In this document: positions 22,928 through 36,900 of the stretch, in pieces
Layout: each line of letters begins with the position of its first letter
How positions within the stretch are numbered: the stretch's first letter is position 1
Source: Pseudovirgaria hyperparasitica
Taxonomy: Eukaryota
NCBI GenBank assembly: GCA_010093815.1
Contig: ML996574.1
Length of the DNA stretch: 64,000 nt
Direction: 5' to 3' (one strand)
Notes under the pieces: generated by a model
What the model was told of the DNA's origin: nothing
What the model saw: only the letters and a program-made list of their open reading frames with translations
Database searches by the model: none
Program-made: the position numbers and the translations under genes

Positions 22928-25067
22928 GGAAGCGAGAATTGCACTTTGGCACAGTGGTACTTGTGGCACTTTTGGAACCACTTGGGGGCGGGACCAAGCC
23001 GGGCGCCCAGCAACTCGTGGGGGAGCAACGGGGGCTGATTGGGTGCCCGGCGGCTGATGTGGGTGCCCAGTGTCGCCGGCAAGACGCCTTGACTTGGGCG
23101 GGCTTGCTGCTGCTGCCGACTGCCAGGAAACTCCCCAGCATGCCCTCAAAGCAAATGAATGTAGCACGCCTTTCTTTTTTCTTTAGATATCAGGCTCTTT
23201 CTTCCCTCACTTCCCTGTACTTTCTAGAAGGCCAGCTCCTGACGTACATGAAGCGATGCAGTCCTCGTCTAGCAATGGTACAAACATCGTGTTGCTCAGA
23301 TGTGCTGTGCGGCCTCCTCCTTCAAGAGTCGCAGATGTGGCTGAACAGGCCATGTACTCGTTGGATGTCTGGATCTTTCGACATGATATTGTGAAATAAA
23401 TAGGTCTACGACCATATCATCCAGGTATTGGCTCCGCTCTTATGAATCATGCCACCCGGTCAATGCTGCAACGACTCTGTCTGACTCTATGGCAAATCTC
23501 GCCGATATTCCGGTAGTAGCGACGTAAGCATTCCGGCCGTGCTGGAGAACGACGACAAGACGTTGAAGCAAAGATGCGAGAATGAGTTACGGTGATAACT
23601 GGTTCACGGTTGGTTCAAGACGACAAAAACCTAGCCACAATCAGCCACGCAATGAGTAGGACGTTGGTATGGATACCTTCGAAACTAGACCTGCAAATAG
23701 GAATGTTACCAATGGTCTGTCTACCCATCCATACCTCGTCGTGCGCCAGGCCCTGCTAGCCCTGCATATCGACATGGCGCATTGAAGATTGTCATGAGTA
23801 GAATGAGGTAAGCGTCCACGGTTTCTGCACTGTCAGCATGAAGGTCGAGATCCTTCCAAGCTTCTAAGCCTAGACGCTGAAACGATTGATTAGGCGTACG
23901 CATGGATAGGCAAACCCATCAAAGACACGAAAAAAATCCAGCCTTTTGAGGGATTTCAAGTGGCACCTAATGCACACCTAGATAGGTAACATCAACCATG
24001 CATGTAAGCAATACGGCATGCGGTTTTCGTCGTTCGTCGTGATTAGTGCTGTAGCCTGTAGTGCGCACCTAAGGCTGACGGTCGTCTGCATAGCGTTGTC
24101 TCCCAGTATTGATAGAGTATGGATAGGTGGATAGGTAGATAGCTAATACTCCTAACACTATGTACTAATACCTACTGTCTACTACCTACTTACTACCTAG
24201 GCAATCGCTTAGTCCAGTCATGATATATCGCCAACCGTCTCCCAAGAGTCACTAACACGCTGGGTCTTACCTGGACGGCAACCCTCAGCCCCCGCAAGAC
24301 AGCTCTCTTGCTGCCTTTTTCTATTCTTCCAAATGTCCTCCAATCAGCGTTCACCAGGACTGCCTCTTGAGAGTCTCTCTTACTACTGCTCTCTGCCTCG
24401 TCAACATTCATTCTCGTCTTTTGTCTTCTCCCTCTCGCCGTCTCCTGCTTCGTCTATACCACTTCTCTCCATCTACCCATCACTCATCACTGACATTTCC
24501 GCGACACCTCCGCCACAACTCGTCGGAACACGCTAGAGATCCTTCTTCTTTTTCGTCTCCGAAACCGCGCACCGACCCCTACCGCTGCTCCACATTCCAA
24601 GAAGTGCCGATTCAACGTCGACAGTATTACTGTAGTGTTAGCGGCAGTGCATTGGACGTGCATAGGCCTGTTCCTCACGCGCTGAGCCTCGTCCAAGACT
24701 CCCAAGACTATTGCGACACTGCTGGACCTCCAGCGCTTCGCATCCTTTAAACACCAAGCCTTACCTCAGCCCCTCCACTCTGCGACGCTCTCTCCAACTT
24801 CCATCCGACACATTCGTTCTTCGCGTTTTCGCATATTACACTCGTTTTGCATTATCTTCTGCCTCTCGACTCGCCCTGGAACATAGCTTCTATTGCATCA
24901 CTCACCCAAACACCGTCAAAATAACCAGACCAAGATTGTGCAAAGAGCAAGGCTCTGGGAGCTTATGAGTGTTTGGTGACTGTGCGCGATTTGTGGAACT
25001 GCGACTTGTTCCTGGAGAAAGAAGCAGACGCAATTTCAGAAGAGGTGGAAGGTGGAATCAACGTACA

Positions 25068-26181
25068 ATGCCGCAATCTTCTGGAAGATACCAGAATCTA
25101 GAAGACTTGAATTCCGGCCGGGACGAAATCAATGTACGTCTACTTGGTGCTCCTCACAAGTAGGAAGAGAATCGCGGTCGCTGACTGGGACTTTGCAGTG
25201 GTATTGGCGGCTCATCGCTCTAGTTTCGTCATGGATGATCTTGGGAGGGTACGTTCCACACGGCTTATAGCTCTTGCATTGGAGACTAATATCCATCAAC
25301 AGATACCTGATATTACCAAATGCATTCATGAGAGACCCTGAGTTGCGATTTAGCAAAGGTGTGCTTAGCATACTGATTGTCACGATAATGACGACAGGCT
25401 ATTCTTTTACAGCGCTACTTTGCTTCGCTTGCCGAAATTGGCTGTTCCAAGCTGAATCAGTCTTCTTGTAAGTCCTGCTGCATACTCTCTCTTGCAACCG
25501 CTAATGTTATCAAGGCCTGCTTTGATAGCCTCTGCCCTTGGCCTTCTCACTGTCCTCTGGAGCTTCGCCTCGAGCACTCGGTTCATATGGAACACTGCGG
25601 CAATCATCACGGTCGCACTGGCCGGATTCTCGTCCCTCCTGTATGGTGTCTTACTGATTTCCACGCACCGCAAAATCCAAAGGTTCCGCAAGCAAATCTC
25701 CAGCATGCCAAACTACGCCGACAGCCATGACAAAAACTACATCACAAACTACATTAAAAATGTGTACCCGTCAGCAGTAAATTCCGGTACGAACATACCA
25801 CCCACAGAGCAGGAACAGATCAATCAACACTTGGCTCGCCTTCTAATGAAAAATGACCCAGGGCCATCGCCTGAAGCCTGGCAATCAACATTTAATATTA
25901 GCTTGCCAGAAGATCCCAGCCACGAGGCAGGAGGTCGTGAGATACTCCACGGAAGGCGAACAAACACACATCACGGGCTCTATGAACCAGAACGACAAAT
26001 ACAATCTCCCGGTCGAAGCACATGGAACCGCATGGCAGGTGCCATAGCTGGACACCGTGGCCGTTCCGACACTCTGACTGTTCAAGGCCGAGGAAGAGAC
26101 GCGACCAGATCAGATGGAGATACCCCGAGAGCACTGAGTCGCGAGGAGCGACGACGCGAGATTGAGCTGGGTCAATTATGA
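25068..26181 (+). CDS. Hypothetical multi-pass membrane protein with a disordered C-terminus; start uncertain
   Basis: ORFs 25052, 25274 and 25492 are joined by GT-AG introns (~25249-25302, ~25468-25515), giving about four hydrophobic segments (SSWMILGGYLILPNAF...). Confidence 0.65.
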
Positions 26182-27474
26182 GGACCAAGAACGCTAACCC
26201 GTCGCTCACTCTTGAAAGAGGCGTTATTCTTCTACTATTTATATTCACGATACCAACTCTACGTAACCTTTTCATATTCATATACGACTGGCGTAAAACG
26301 GCGTATCGGGCATGGCACGTGACTAGCGAAGGAGTTGTTCTTATGACGGAGGGATATGTACCATTTCCAGAGCACGAAGCGGCACGATAGGTATAATACG
26401 ACATTTAGGACAAGAATAAATGAAATGACAGCATGATGTATTCATTTGAGCCGGCCTGCAATGTTGGTCATAATAACTACACTTTTCGTTGCAACTGTGA
26501 AGCTACTCTTCGGGTTCGGCACAGACAATGCAGCCGTGCTGTACTAGGAGGAGACTTTTTTATTTTGATAAAAAAAGCATCTGAATATTTACGCATGGGC
26601 ATTGCAGATGAGCTGGCATGGACAGCACAGCTTCCACCGCAGCAGTAAGTTTGCGGGCAAGAACGATACGCGAAACAACAACATTCTACATACTGACCAA
26701 TATTAAGCAAAGTTTGGAGGAACTGTGGATTTAGGTATTTGGCGTACTAGAACCATGTATATCTGTTTGTTGTCTTCACCATAGAACTAAGTCACTCGTT
26801 GGCTGTGAGCACGGGGCAGAGGTTGGTCCGCAGCGTAGATAAGCTCCCGATCGCGACGGGTAGGCGGGCCTCCCCTTGTCACCTTCCTCTCCCTGAACAA
26901 AGCGGCGTCAAGCATTAAGCATCACGCCTCAAGCTTCAACGGCGTGCCGCTGCGGCGCCGTTCCCTTCGTATTGTTCGACAAAGATCCTAACAAATGGAT
27001 AATTACTGTGGCTGAAGTGTACAGCAATCAATTAATATTTCAACCAGAGCCTATCATACAACCCGCTTACTTGCATCAGAGGCCCCTCAGACTCATTTCT
27101 TGTCGTTCAAGAGAGGAACTATATCTCCGCTGACGCACCTCGTCACTGGATATGGAGATATCAGAGATACCTGCCTGTTCGGGTCTGGTACATCCACGTG
27201 AACGGCATGATGGCACTAGTGATCATAAACACCAATGGAGGGCCGAATACGTATGGGGATCGCGGAGTTGATGCTATAAGTCTGATTGTTATCCCTGAGC
27301 TATGTGGCGTCGACGTTACACTCGTCCTACGGCCGACGACCTGCAAGGAGGAACGGGGAATACAAAAAGCCGTGTCTTCCTCGATACCTCCTATCCTTTA
27401 TCTTCGCTCTTCGTCTACGAAACAGTATCAGGTTTGTAGAGAAGAGACCAGCTTGAGAGCGCGAATCAGCCATC

Positions 27475-29154
27475 ATGGCTCGCCCAAGTGTCTACCTCGG
27501 CTTCGTTGCACGAGTGTTTTTCTTCATACTTCCTGTCCTTATGCAAGCAAACGTTGCATCTGCGTATAGCTCCCGAGAGCGCCCAAACTTCCGAAACAAA
27601 TGGTTTCATCCGCCAAATCCTCCTATGGCCCCTGGCGTGCCTCTTGCGAATTCGACATTCCAGCAGTACATTGATCACAACAATCCTGATTTGGGCACTT
27701 TCTCCCAGTTCTACTATTGGTCTACTCAGTACTGGAAAGGCCCTGGCTCGCCTATCATTCTTATGACCCCTGGTGAGATTGTAAGTCTGAGCCGACTTGG
27801 ATTTCAGGCCACCTGCTGACTACTCTATCAGAATGTGGTTGGTTATAACTCGTATTTGACCACAAATCGTACCACTGGTGTTCTTGCAGAAAAGATTGGT
27901 GCTGCAGTCATCGTTTTAGAGCATCGTTATTGGGGATTTTCTTCTCCGTTCACTGATCTTTCCACTAAAAATCTGCAATACCTGACACTGGAGAACTCCA
28001 TCGCTGATCTCACCCACTTCGCACGCACAGCCAACCTCCCATTTGACAACCATGGTCGTAGCAACGCACCCAAAGTCCCCTGGGTCCTCGCGGGCGGCAG
28101 CTACTCGGGTGCCCTCACAGCATGGACTGCAACCACCTCTCCTGGTACCTTCTGGAGCTACCTCGCCTCCTCTGCCGTCGTCGAAATCACTGGTGATCTC
28201 TGGCAGTACTTCGTACCCGTCATGGAAGGAATGCCTAAGAACTGCAGCTCCGACGTGACCAAAGTTATCGACCACATCGACAACATCGGTAACACCGGCA
28301 CCGATGACGAGCAGTACGCTCTCAAAGAGATGTTTGGTCTACAGGACGTCGAACACTTTGATGACTTTGCAGCTGCACTCGAAAACGCGCCTTGGCTATG
28401 GCAAGGGAACCAATTCTACCGCACGACCGGCTTCTTCGACTGGTGCGATGCCGTCGAGAACGTAACGCCTGGCCAACCCATCCCCGGCGCCGAAGGCGTA
28501 GGAACCGACAAGGCCCTCGCAGGCTACGCGAAGTTCTTCAACGAGACCATTCTCCCGGGCTTCTGCGAAGGGTTCGGCTACTTCAAAGGCGACCTCAACG
28601 TCGACTGCTTCGACACCTACAACGCCCAGAACCCCATGTACACCGACCGTAGCCTCACCAACACCGTCGACCGCCAGTGGGTCTGGATGACGTGCAACCA
28701 GCCCTTCGGCTACTGGCAGTCCGGCATGCCAAACGGCAACCCCTCAATCGTATCCCGCTTCTCCAACAAAGCATACTGGGAGCGCCAATGCCCCCTCTAC
28801 TTCCCCCCCGACGGCGACTTCGTAGTCGGCCTCCAGGCCGGACGCACCTACGACGCCGTCAATAAATACACCGGCGGCTGGGGCGATCGCGCCACGCATG
28901 TGCCCAGGCTGTAGTACGGCAACGGCCAGTTCGACCCCTGGCGCGAGGCCACCGTGAGTGCTCGGCTGCGGCCCGGAGGCCCGTATGAGGGTAATGCGGT
29001 GAGCAAGGTGCAGTATATCCCCGGCAGCTTCCATACGTCGGACTTGGTTACGGCGAATCGAGTCAATGCCGGTGCGGCGAAGGCGATTGATGCCGAGGTG
29101 GCGCAGATTGCGCAGTGGGTGGGCGAATTTCCGCGTGGTGGGCATGGCTGGTAG
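27475..29154 (+). pseudogene. Secreted serine carboxypeptidase family S28 with an in-frame TAG at 28912-28914
   Basis: FQQYIDH, LEHRYWG and GGSYSG motifs; intron 27781-27831. The frame continues past the stop as YGNGQFDPWREAT...GSFHTSD to TAG 29154. Confidence 0.8.
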
Positions 29155-30210
29155 GATTAGAGAGGGGGAAGGAGAGAGGCACTGCGTGGAGTATGCAAAT
29201 AATCAGAATAGATTAATCTGATGAGTTGGTTTGTTCTGCGCGGACGTATTACTGGTATACAATGCACGTACCCGTCACGCCTGATTGTAATACCACAGAA
29301 CTAATAAACGATGCATACACGTTCTGCACAATTTCACAAGAAGATAATATAATCAAATCCATACCACTATACACATAAAAAAATACGCTTAATCTTCCAC
29401 TCTTACTATATCGAAAACTCTGGAATTCGAAATACTTACCTACTTATACTTCCACTACACTACCGACCCCAAAATTCACCCCCTCCTCCTTCCTTCAGTA
29501 ATTCACACTCATAGACCTCACCACATCCTAGAGACATAAGCTGCAATGCATATCAATCGTATATATATATCTTCGTAAACATACCCTCAAATTCTTGAAC
29601 CCATACTGGAACACCGGCTTCGTTTGTTTTCTAATTTATATACGGAGAGTACTATCAACCAGAATTGATGGCTTGTTCTGAAGATAGTACTACTGTACTG
29701 TACTTTACTAAAGTTGTGTTTAGAAGTTTCATAGCGATGCGAGCTTGCTATCCAAGGTTTTGAGTTCTCTGGACACACTCGCAAGGTAGGCGCATCTATC
29801 CTTCCAGTCACTGCGATATGACCACAACGACGAAGAAGAAGCATATCGCCCTCCATATATCAAGATAAGAAGACAACGATACGCACGCCTCACCACTCCG
29901 CAGCCACCCTAAATCAAACAAGAAACCAAGCTCAAGACATCCAGCCACCTCCGAACACACGCAGCGGCACATCCGCAGCACGCCGAACACTCCTCCTACG
30001 CGCCATTTTCACACCCAGAATGTGACAATGCTAGTCCCGTGTCCAATCCGCACGGCAAAGCGGGGGCTATTGGGTATATTTTTTTGGTGGTTGCTTGTGT
30101 ATATGAAGCGTTTGGCCCGCACATCTTTTCCTTATTTGTCTGCTCATACACATCCACCACCACCACAACACTCACACACTTTTGATACACGCAAATAAAA
30201 ATCACCAACA

Positions 30211-30792
30211 ATGCGTTTCGCTCTCGACATCCTCGCTACACTCGCTCTCTCCACCGTCGCGCTTGTCCTCGCCGATGACACCTTCTGCAATGATCATCAG
30301 GCCCATGTAGCCCTCTGCGGTGTAAATATGCCCCCCCTGCTATCCACTATCCACATACCAGCATGACCACTACTAACACACCATCCCAACCCCAGACATG
30401 CGTCAATAATGAATGCCAATTGAAAGTGGGCGGTGGCTTCCCACTCGAATGCGATGTCGGAACGGTACGTTATCAAAACCTCCTCCTTTTCTGGCATTCT
30501 TTGCTTTCCTTTGCTCTTCTGCACTCCCAACCCCTTTTCCCACCAAAAAAAATAACCAGAAAGAGAGAAAGAGAGGAAGAGAGAGACGTGAAATCGCAGG
30601 CTGACAAAAGGGGTGTATATCTAGTGCATAGGCATGGAAGGCTCAGAGTGCGTCATCGAGAAGGTGGACATCTGGGCGTACCAGATCGCGCATTGTCCGA
30701 ATGGGTATCCGCCCGAGGATAAATGGCAGGGGCCGTGGCATGATAATTTCGATTGGGATGAGGATAATGAGAATGAGGAGCCGTGCTGCTAG
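30211..30792 (+). CDS. Small secreted cysteine-rich protein (115 aa, 10 Cys, 3 exons)
   Basis: Exons 30211-30321, 30396-30464 and 30625-30792 with phase-0 GT-AG introns and CTAAC/CTGAC branch sites. Signal peptide MRFALDILATLALSTVALVLA. Confidence 0.85.
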
Positions 30793-31372
30793 AGTAGGGG
30801 GGCTTTGGGGGGGAGGACTAGGGTTTTTGTCGATATACTCTATGCAGAAGCTGCTCTCATTACTTGGGATTTTTTCGCTGAGTGGGGCATGGGTTGAAGT
30901 ATATTTCTCGTTGGTTGAGGTGTTCATCTTGGCTGTTTCTCGCTTGATTATGTTCCCTGTATGTGTGACTGGGTTATGATCGACGCTGAGCTCGGTGGTA
31001 CTGGAGTGGTGACAGAGGGCTGGTATTTAAACTCATATGAAGCGCTATACCTACACAGAAAGCCTCCTCCCACGAGATCGCAGGTCTGCTTTGTGCCTAT
31101 TCAAGTATACGAGGAATCTGCTAAACATTTCAATGACTGTGTCTGATGAGCTTTCAGGCTTCCCCTGCCATCGCGGTGACTATTTGCTGCGCTTTTAGAT
31201 GAAGAGCAGCTGAGTGTCGTTCCTGGAGCTTGCTTGCTCGATGATACTAATTGTATAAGACCGCAAGACTGATACAAGAGCTAAATTTGGTCGATAGGAG
31301 ATGTAATAACGACGTTCCCTTGACCAGACGAGGCTGTGCTGGAAACTAACCGGTCGATCGCGTTGACACCAC

Positions 31373-32964
31373 TTAGCTACCGCGCTCTCGCACTTGTACC
31401 CACATATCTCCTTGTACATATATTCCGCCATAGCATGCGCTTTTCCAAGGCTGTAGCGGATCCACGAGCGAAATATCGAACCTCCGCACCAGCTCAACAA
31501 TAGTCTTGTTGATTTCAATGAAAGCAATGCGCTGCCCCAAGCAATGGAATTTGCCATAGCCAAAGATGAGATCGTTGATCTTTTGCATCCGAGCCAACTT
31601 CTCACGCGGAGTGTTCTGCGTGAGCCACCGCTCCGGCCGAAAGACGTGTGCGTCAGCACCGTAGTGCTCCGGGTCCGTGTGCATGGCGATGGAATAAGAG
31701 ATCCTGGTGCCACCTGGGAAGTACACTTCTTTGCCGGAAGGAAAGGTGAAGGTATCACCGCCATTCGGGACTTCACGCGTGAACAAGTCGGAAACTGGCG
31801 GGTGCATGCGCATGGCTTCTCGAACGACAGCTTGGAGGTAGATGAGATTCCGTGCGATGGAGTCTGGGATAATGCCGGGTTCAGAGGCGGGCCAAGCAGT
31901 GTCGATTTCGGCGCGAACTTTGGCGTAAATGCTCGGGTTCGTCATGAGGTAGAGCATGATGACACGAATGCTGCATGATGTCGTGTCCGTTCCCGCGAGA
32001 ATTTGGTTAAAGCTTTCGTTGAAGAGGTCACTTGCTGTAAGACCGTTGCGTACGAAAGATGCCACCATGTCTGATTTGCCATCTGTCGGCTTCTCCAGTC
32101 TGTCATCAATGATCCGACGGGCGACACCCTTCACTTTCCCAAATCCAGTCTTGTCTTTCTCTGACGGGCCGAGTAGACTGGCCACATAGTAGTTGTCGAA
32201 GAAAGAGGTAAGACCTAGTGCGATCTTCATGAAAGTGATCCTTAGCCCAATGGCACCAGATGCAATGTAATCATGGTTATCGGCTTCGGCCTTCAGGTCG
32301 CCAAAGCTCTGTCCCAGACCTATATCACTGATGATATCGAGAGCCAGGTATTGCACTTTCATAGCAAGATCCATAGGCTTCGATATTTCTGCCGTAGACA
32401 TGTACTTGGACTGGATCAATTGCAGGAGCTCCTGAACATGACCATCAATGTCAACTTCGAGACCTAGGTTTTCTTTGCCGGAAAATCCAGGAGCCATTTG
32501 CTTCCTTCGAGCATCATGTTTCGCGATATCACATTGGCTGAAAACGGTATCTTCACCAGGGTTGAATCGCATCGCCCTGTAGAACCAAGGAGATCGTGCA
32601 TATGCGGTCTTTGTGTTATTGGCATGAATCCAGAAGTCCGGCGATGAAGTCAACAGATGTGATGGTCCAATACGGACAAGGTCACCTGGTGCTTCATCAG
32701 CACGTCGTCTTGTCAAGGAGTACAGATAGATGGCACACCGTACTGCTTGCTCAGCTTGACGTAGTGCTTGTCAGCCTGTAATCCCATGAGAATGGGCGTA
32801 TGCCACCATTCTGTGATTGCTGCCAAGAATGGACCATTGAACTGATTCAGTTTGAAATATCTGTAGGTCAATTCCCCTACCAGTGCAGCGACTAGTGCCG
32901 CCATCCAATGCCATCGCTGCTGGGCAGCGCAAATCAGTATTGCGAACACTGTTAAAGTGGTCAT
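31373..32964 (-). CDS. Cytochrome P450 (pisatin demethylase/CYP53-clan-like)
   Basis: N-terminal anchor, intron 32738-32686, and motifs AGTDTT, EAMR, FRPERW and FGYGKFHCLG. Confidence 0.93.
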
Positions 32965-33939
32965 CTTCTATGGTATACTGTCCGAAGAAAGTAGTTTGGA
33001 GGACGCAGTCGATCACGGTCACGAATATAAATCTGGTCTTTGGCCGGGTATGAATACACTCTTTTTGAACCCGTGAAAGACAGTTCTGGAAGGTGAGACA
33101 AGTTTCAGTATGTGCTTTACAGATTCTGCTGATAAGAGACTGGCCAAGAAGTTCAGAGGGGGCCTTTCAATGTTGTGGAGTGCACAACAATAAAGTGAAT
33201 TGGAGATGCCAAACCGGACCTCGGACTAGGCTAGACCTGCACGTGATTGATATTCATTTCCAGAAGAATATGCAAGAACTCCCACCCAGTTTCATCTGCA
33301 ATACAGAACAACGAAGAGTCAGGGACCACTCATATGAGAGTTTATTTGAGAGCAGCGTAGACTTTTTGAAACATCAGAGGTCACGTGTCCCGGATCTGCT
33401 AAAAAGTACAACCTTGCTTAGCCGGGTCAGCAGGCTCTCATCTCCATCTTCAGCCTCATGCACTCTCTGCTCCGACATTACCATTGCAAAAATAATCATG
33501 GAATATCCTCGTTAGCAATAGATCAATATCTACATCGTGTCTCTGAAGATTTTCTTCTTTCAATTAACGCTCAGCATCGTATCGTCTCCCACATATTGTC
33601 TTCTCCCAAATACTCAATGGACATAGCCCACCTTCTTAACCATCGCGTCTGATCAGGACGTGTCGTGACACCAACAGATAGCAGGGGCGATTTCTACTTA
33701 ACAGACTCGCTTGCAGCCCGCATGAGCAGTGCCTCAGCCCCACCGTTTCAGCTTACTTATTGGATCAAGCCCCGCGAATGATTTCAGCCTCCATTTTCTT
33801 GCATCCTGCATACTGTTCTGGTTTGTACCGATGCTTTGTACTGAAATACGTGAGATTGTGTTTTTGCGCTGCACTAATGAGAAACGTCCTCACACACCCG
33901 ATACACATCTCGTGCTGACATTGTCGAGAGTTGGCAATT

Positions 33940-36900
33940 ATGCCACAAACCCAGCTCCCACGGCCAGGCTACCGAGAGTGGAGTCCGCGAAGATACGAAA
34001 GGTACGGGGACTGCGACATTTGACTTCCATGCTGATCATTGGCTGTTTAGAACAGAATCTCCAAGCCGGGAATCTGTAGGTACCGATCGCGATGACGACG
34101 AATTCGTTGATGCGGTAGAAGAGATGTCGTTGGGAACATCGCGGCAGTCTTCTTATCATGTTGACTCACCCTCGCGATATTCTTTCCAAGATCATCGTCT
34201 CAATGAACACCCTCCAGCACCATACATGTCCGGCCCGGTCGATATGTCTTACAGCGCTGAGCCTCACAGGACAGTCAATACTGATGCAAACCAGTAAGTA
34301 ACGCAACAGGTGCAATCCCAAACATTGACCCTTTAAAGCAGGTCCAGTGGAAGCGCGGCCATCCCAGAGGAGCCAGTAAACCAGGATGAGAACATCTGCG
34401 AGGATTGTGAGCTTCAGCATGAGGATCTATGGTACTGCAATATATGCAAGCTTATACTTTGCTCCCCTTGCTGGGATAGACAGCTCCCACATAGACGAAA
34501 CAGACGAGATCCGAATGGGATTCCACATGAACGCTCAAAACCGGAGGTTGCTGAAATGATAAATAAAGCATTGTTGCCTCCAACCGACAGTAATGTGCGA
34601 GAAGATATGTACCGTGAAGATGAATTCACGGCTTGGTTTGGTATGTTGAGGCAATGCTCACCTAAAAATGTGTAGGGATAAGTTAACATCCCTAGGTATC
34701 GATCGACCGCTGGATCAAGGGGCTCCAATCTTCCAGGATTATGGGAGATTCGCCGATCTTATGTCCAGTACAGATCCAGTCCGCAATCAACCAAGTCGTG
34801 CATTTCTTAGTCGAGGAGAACAGGCTGGTCGAGATGCCAGGACGCCAAGTTTGGTCTCATTTGTCGGCCAAACTGGCGCTGGCAAAAGCACCCTCATTAA
34901 ACTACTTATTGACTTTGCTCAGTATCGCCAGAAAGCTGCAAAGTTTCCTTCCCCAGTCGTAGGGGTACCAGGAGCTCATATCCCAACATCTGAAGATGTC
35001 CATCTGTATATAGATCCTCGAACGATCGCATCGAGTGGACCACTCTTGTTCGCGGACTGTGAAGGTCTCGAGGGCGGTGAGCGTGAACCTGTCGGTGCCA
35101 AAGCTAAGAAGCGGCGGTTGTCGTTGCGAAGGAAAGCGCGCGTCGCAGAAGAGAATAGAACTACTTCTGACCAAGCACCCCCTGCCCCCAAAGCTGTCAC
35201 TGAGAGAGAAATACAGTGGGCAGATGAACCTAGAGCGCGGAGTCGAGAATTCGCCGTTACTAATCTATACCCGCGGCTACTTTACACGTTTTCTGATGTT
35301 ATCATCTTCGTCCTCCGTAATCCGAGGTAGGTACGAGAAATATATCACCCAGTGATCTTGCTGATATTTAGCAGAACCGTAGAGACTGTCTTTGAACGCC
35401 TGATAACCTGGGCGATGGCAGCAATCGAAACAAGTTCCAATCAGCCTATGCTTCCTCATGCCGTCATCGCACTCAATGCTTCGGAACACAACATAGCGCC
35501 AGGACTTTGGGACGTTAATGCTAACACGCAGAACATTCTTGATGATCTTGCGCCAACAGTCAATCAGAATGAAACTTTCATGAAATGGGCTCAATATTGG
35601 AGAGAACGCGGCAAAATGATTGAAACTCTCGAACATCTCGTGCTATGTTATTATAGCTCGATACAGGTGAGTTTTGTTCGTTATGTTCATTCTCTTTGTT
35701 CATATTCTCTCGCATATTATCAGGTACTAGATTCTGGGTGTAAGAACATTTTGTCTGTTGAACTATGATGTACCTGTCATCGTACCTACTACCAATGCCC
35801 GTCGTCATGTGCCCCATTTGCAGAACCCGGTATTCCAATAGTCTTGGCGGCAGTCGATACATATGACTGATTAGCCAGATCATTCGCATTCCATCAGACG
35901 GCCGCCCGCAGCTCATGCAAACACAAATCGAAAAGCTATATTCTGGCACATCAGCCGCTTGCACCGCTTCGCGCTGCGCAAGAATGGAGCTTCGAATGTT
36001 GTTCGATGTGGAAGAACTCGAGTCATTTCTTCAGGATGCCTTCAATCATTACTCCACGACACTGAACTCGCCCTTCGATTTTGTTCAGGCCTCATTTAGG
36101 AATAGTCCCATTCCGCCAGACTTTGGTGGTAACATCCTGAAGCTAGCAGTTACCTTGATGGAAATGACATGTAACAAGCTCAGCGGACCCCAGATCCTTC
36201 ATGAGCTCAGCTACATGATTGCTTCCTGCATCATGATCGACTCATCAAGACATGGGAACAAAGGTAGATCTCTTGGTAGCACATTAATGTGTGTTCAGTA
36301 CTGACAATTTCTCAGGAAACGCCGATCAATTGTTTCAAAACTATATGACTCATGTAGACGATGCATTGGAGAATCTATGTAATCAACATTGGCCATGCGA
36401 GTTCACACAAGGCAATACAGGCAAGCGTTGCATCAACGTGCGGAGTGGCCACAGTGCCAAGGGTCATCAGTCTTCAGATGGCCTAGTATTCGCTGCAGGA
36501 GAATACCGATCTACATTCACGTTCGAGACCTATCGCGATTATTTCCGCCATAAAATCTTCAAGTTCCTACACGAACTACTGGATGATCTCACTTCGCGAG
36601 TACGGAATGGAGATCGTGAAGACTCTGCGGCAGCTTCCATTCATCGCGACTTTGTTCTTCGAAACTTTTATCAGCGTACCGTCCAAGCCTCTGGCCACGA
36701 AGGCGGAATTGCAGCACTATGGAACAGTCATACAGCATGTTTATGCTGTCTCATTGAACACCCCGAGCACGTACTGCCCTGCGGGCACGTCCTTTGCACT
36801 TCTTGCATCAAAATGTACGGAACCTCGCTTTCTCAGACCGAATTCGAAATATACCAATGTCCCATCGAAGCTGGAGTGGTCCCAAGAAGTATGAATCGCC

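Noticed and set aside
22816..24968. Overlapping short ORFs between phoD and the membrane gene
   Set aside because: Low-complexity promoter/UTR-like sequence with no coherent exon structure or motifs.
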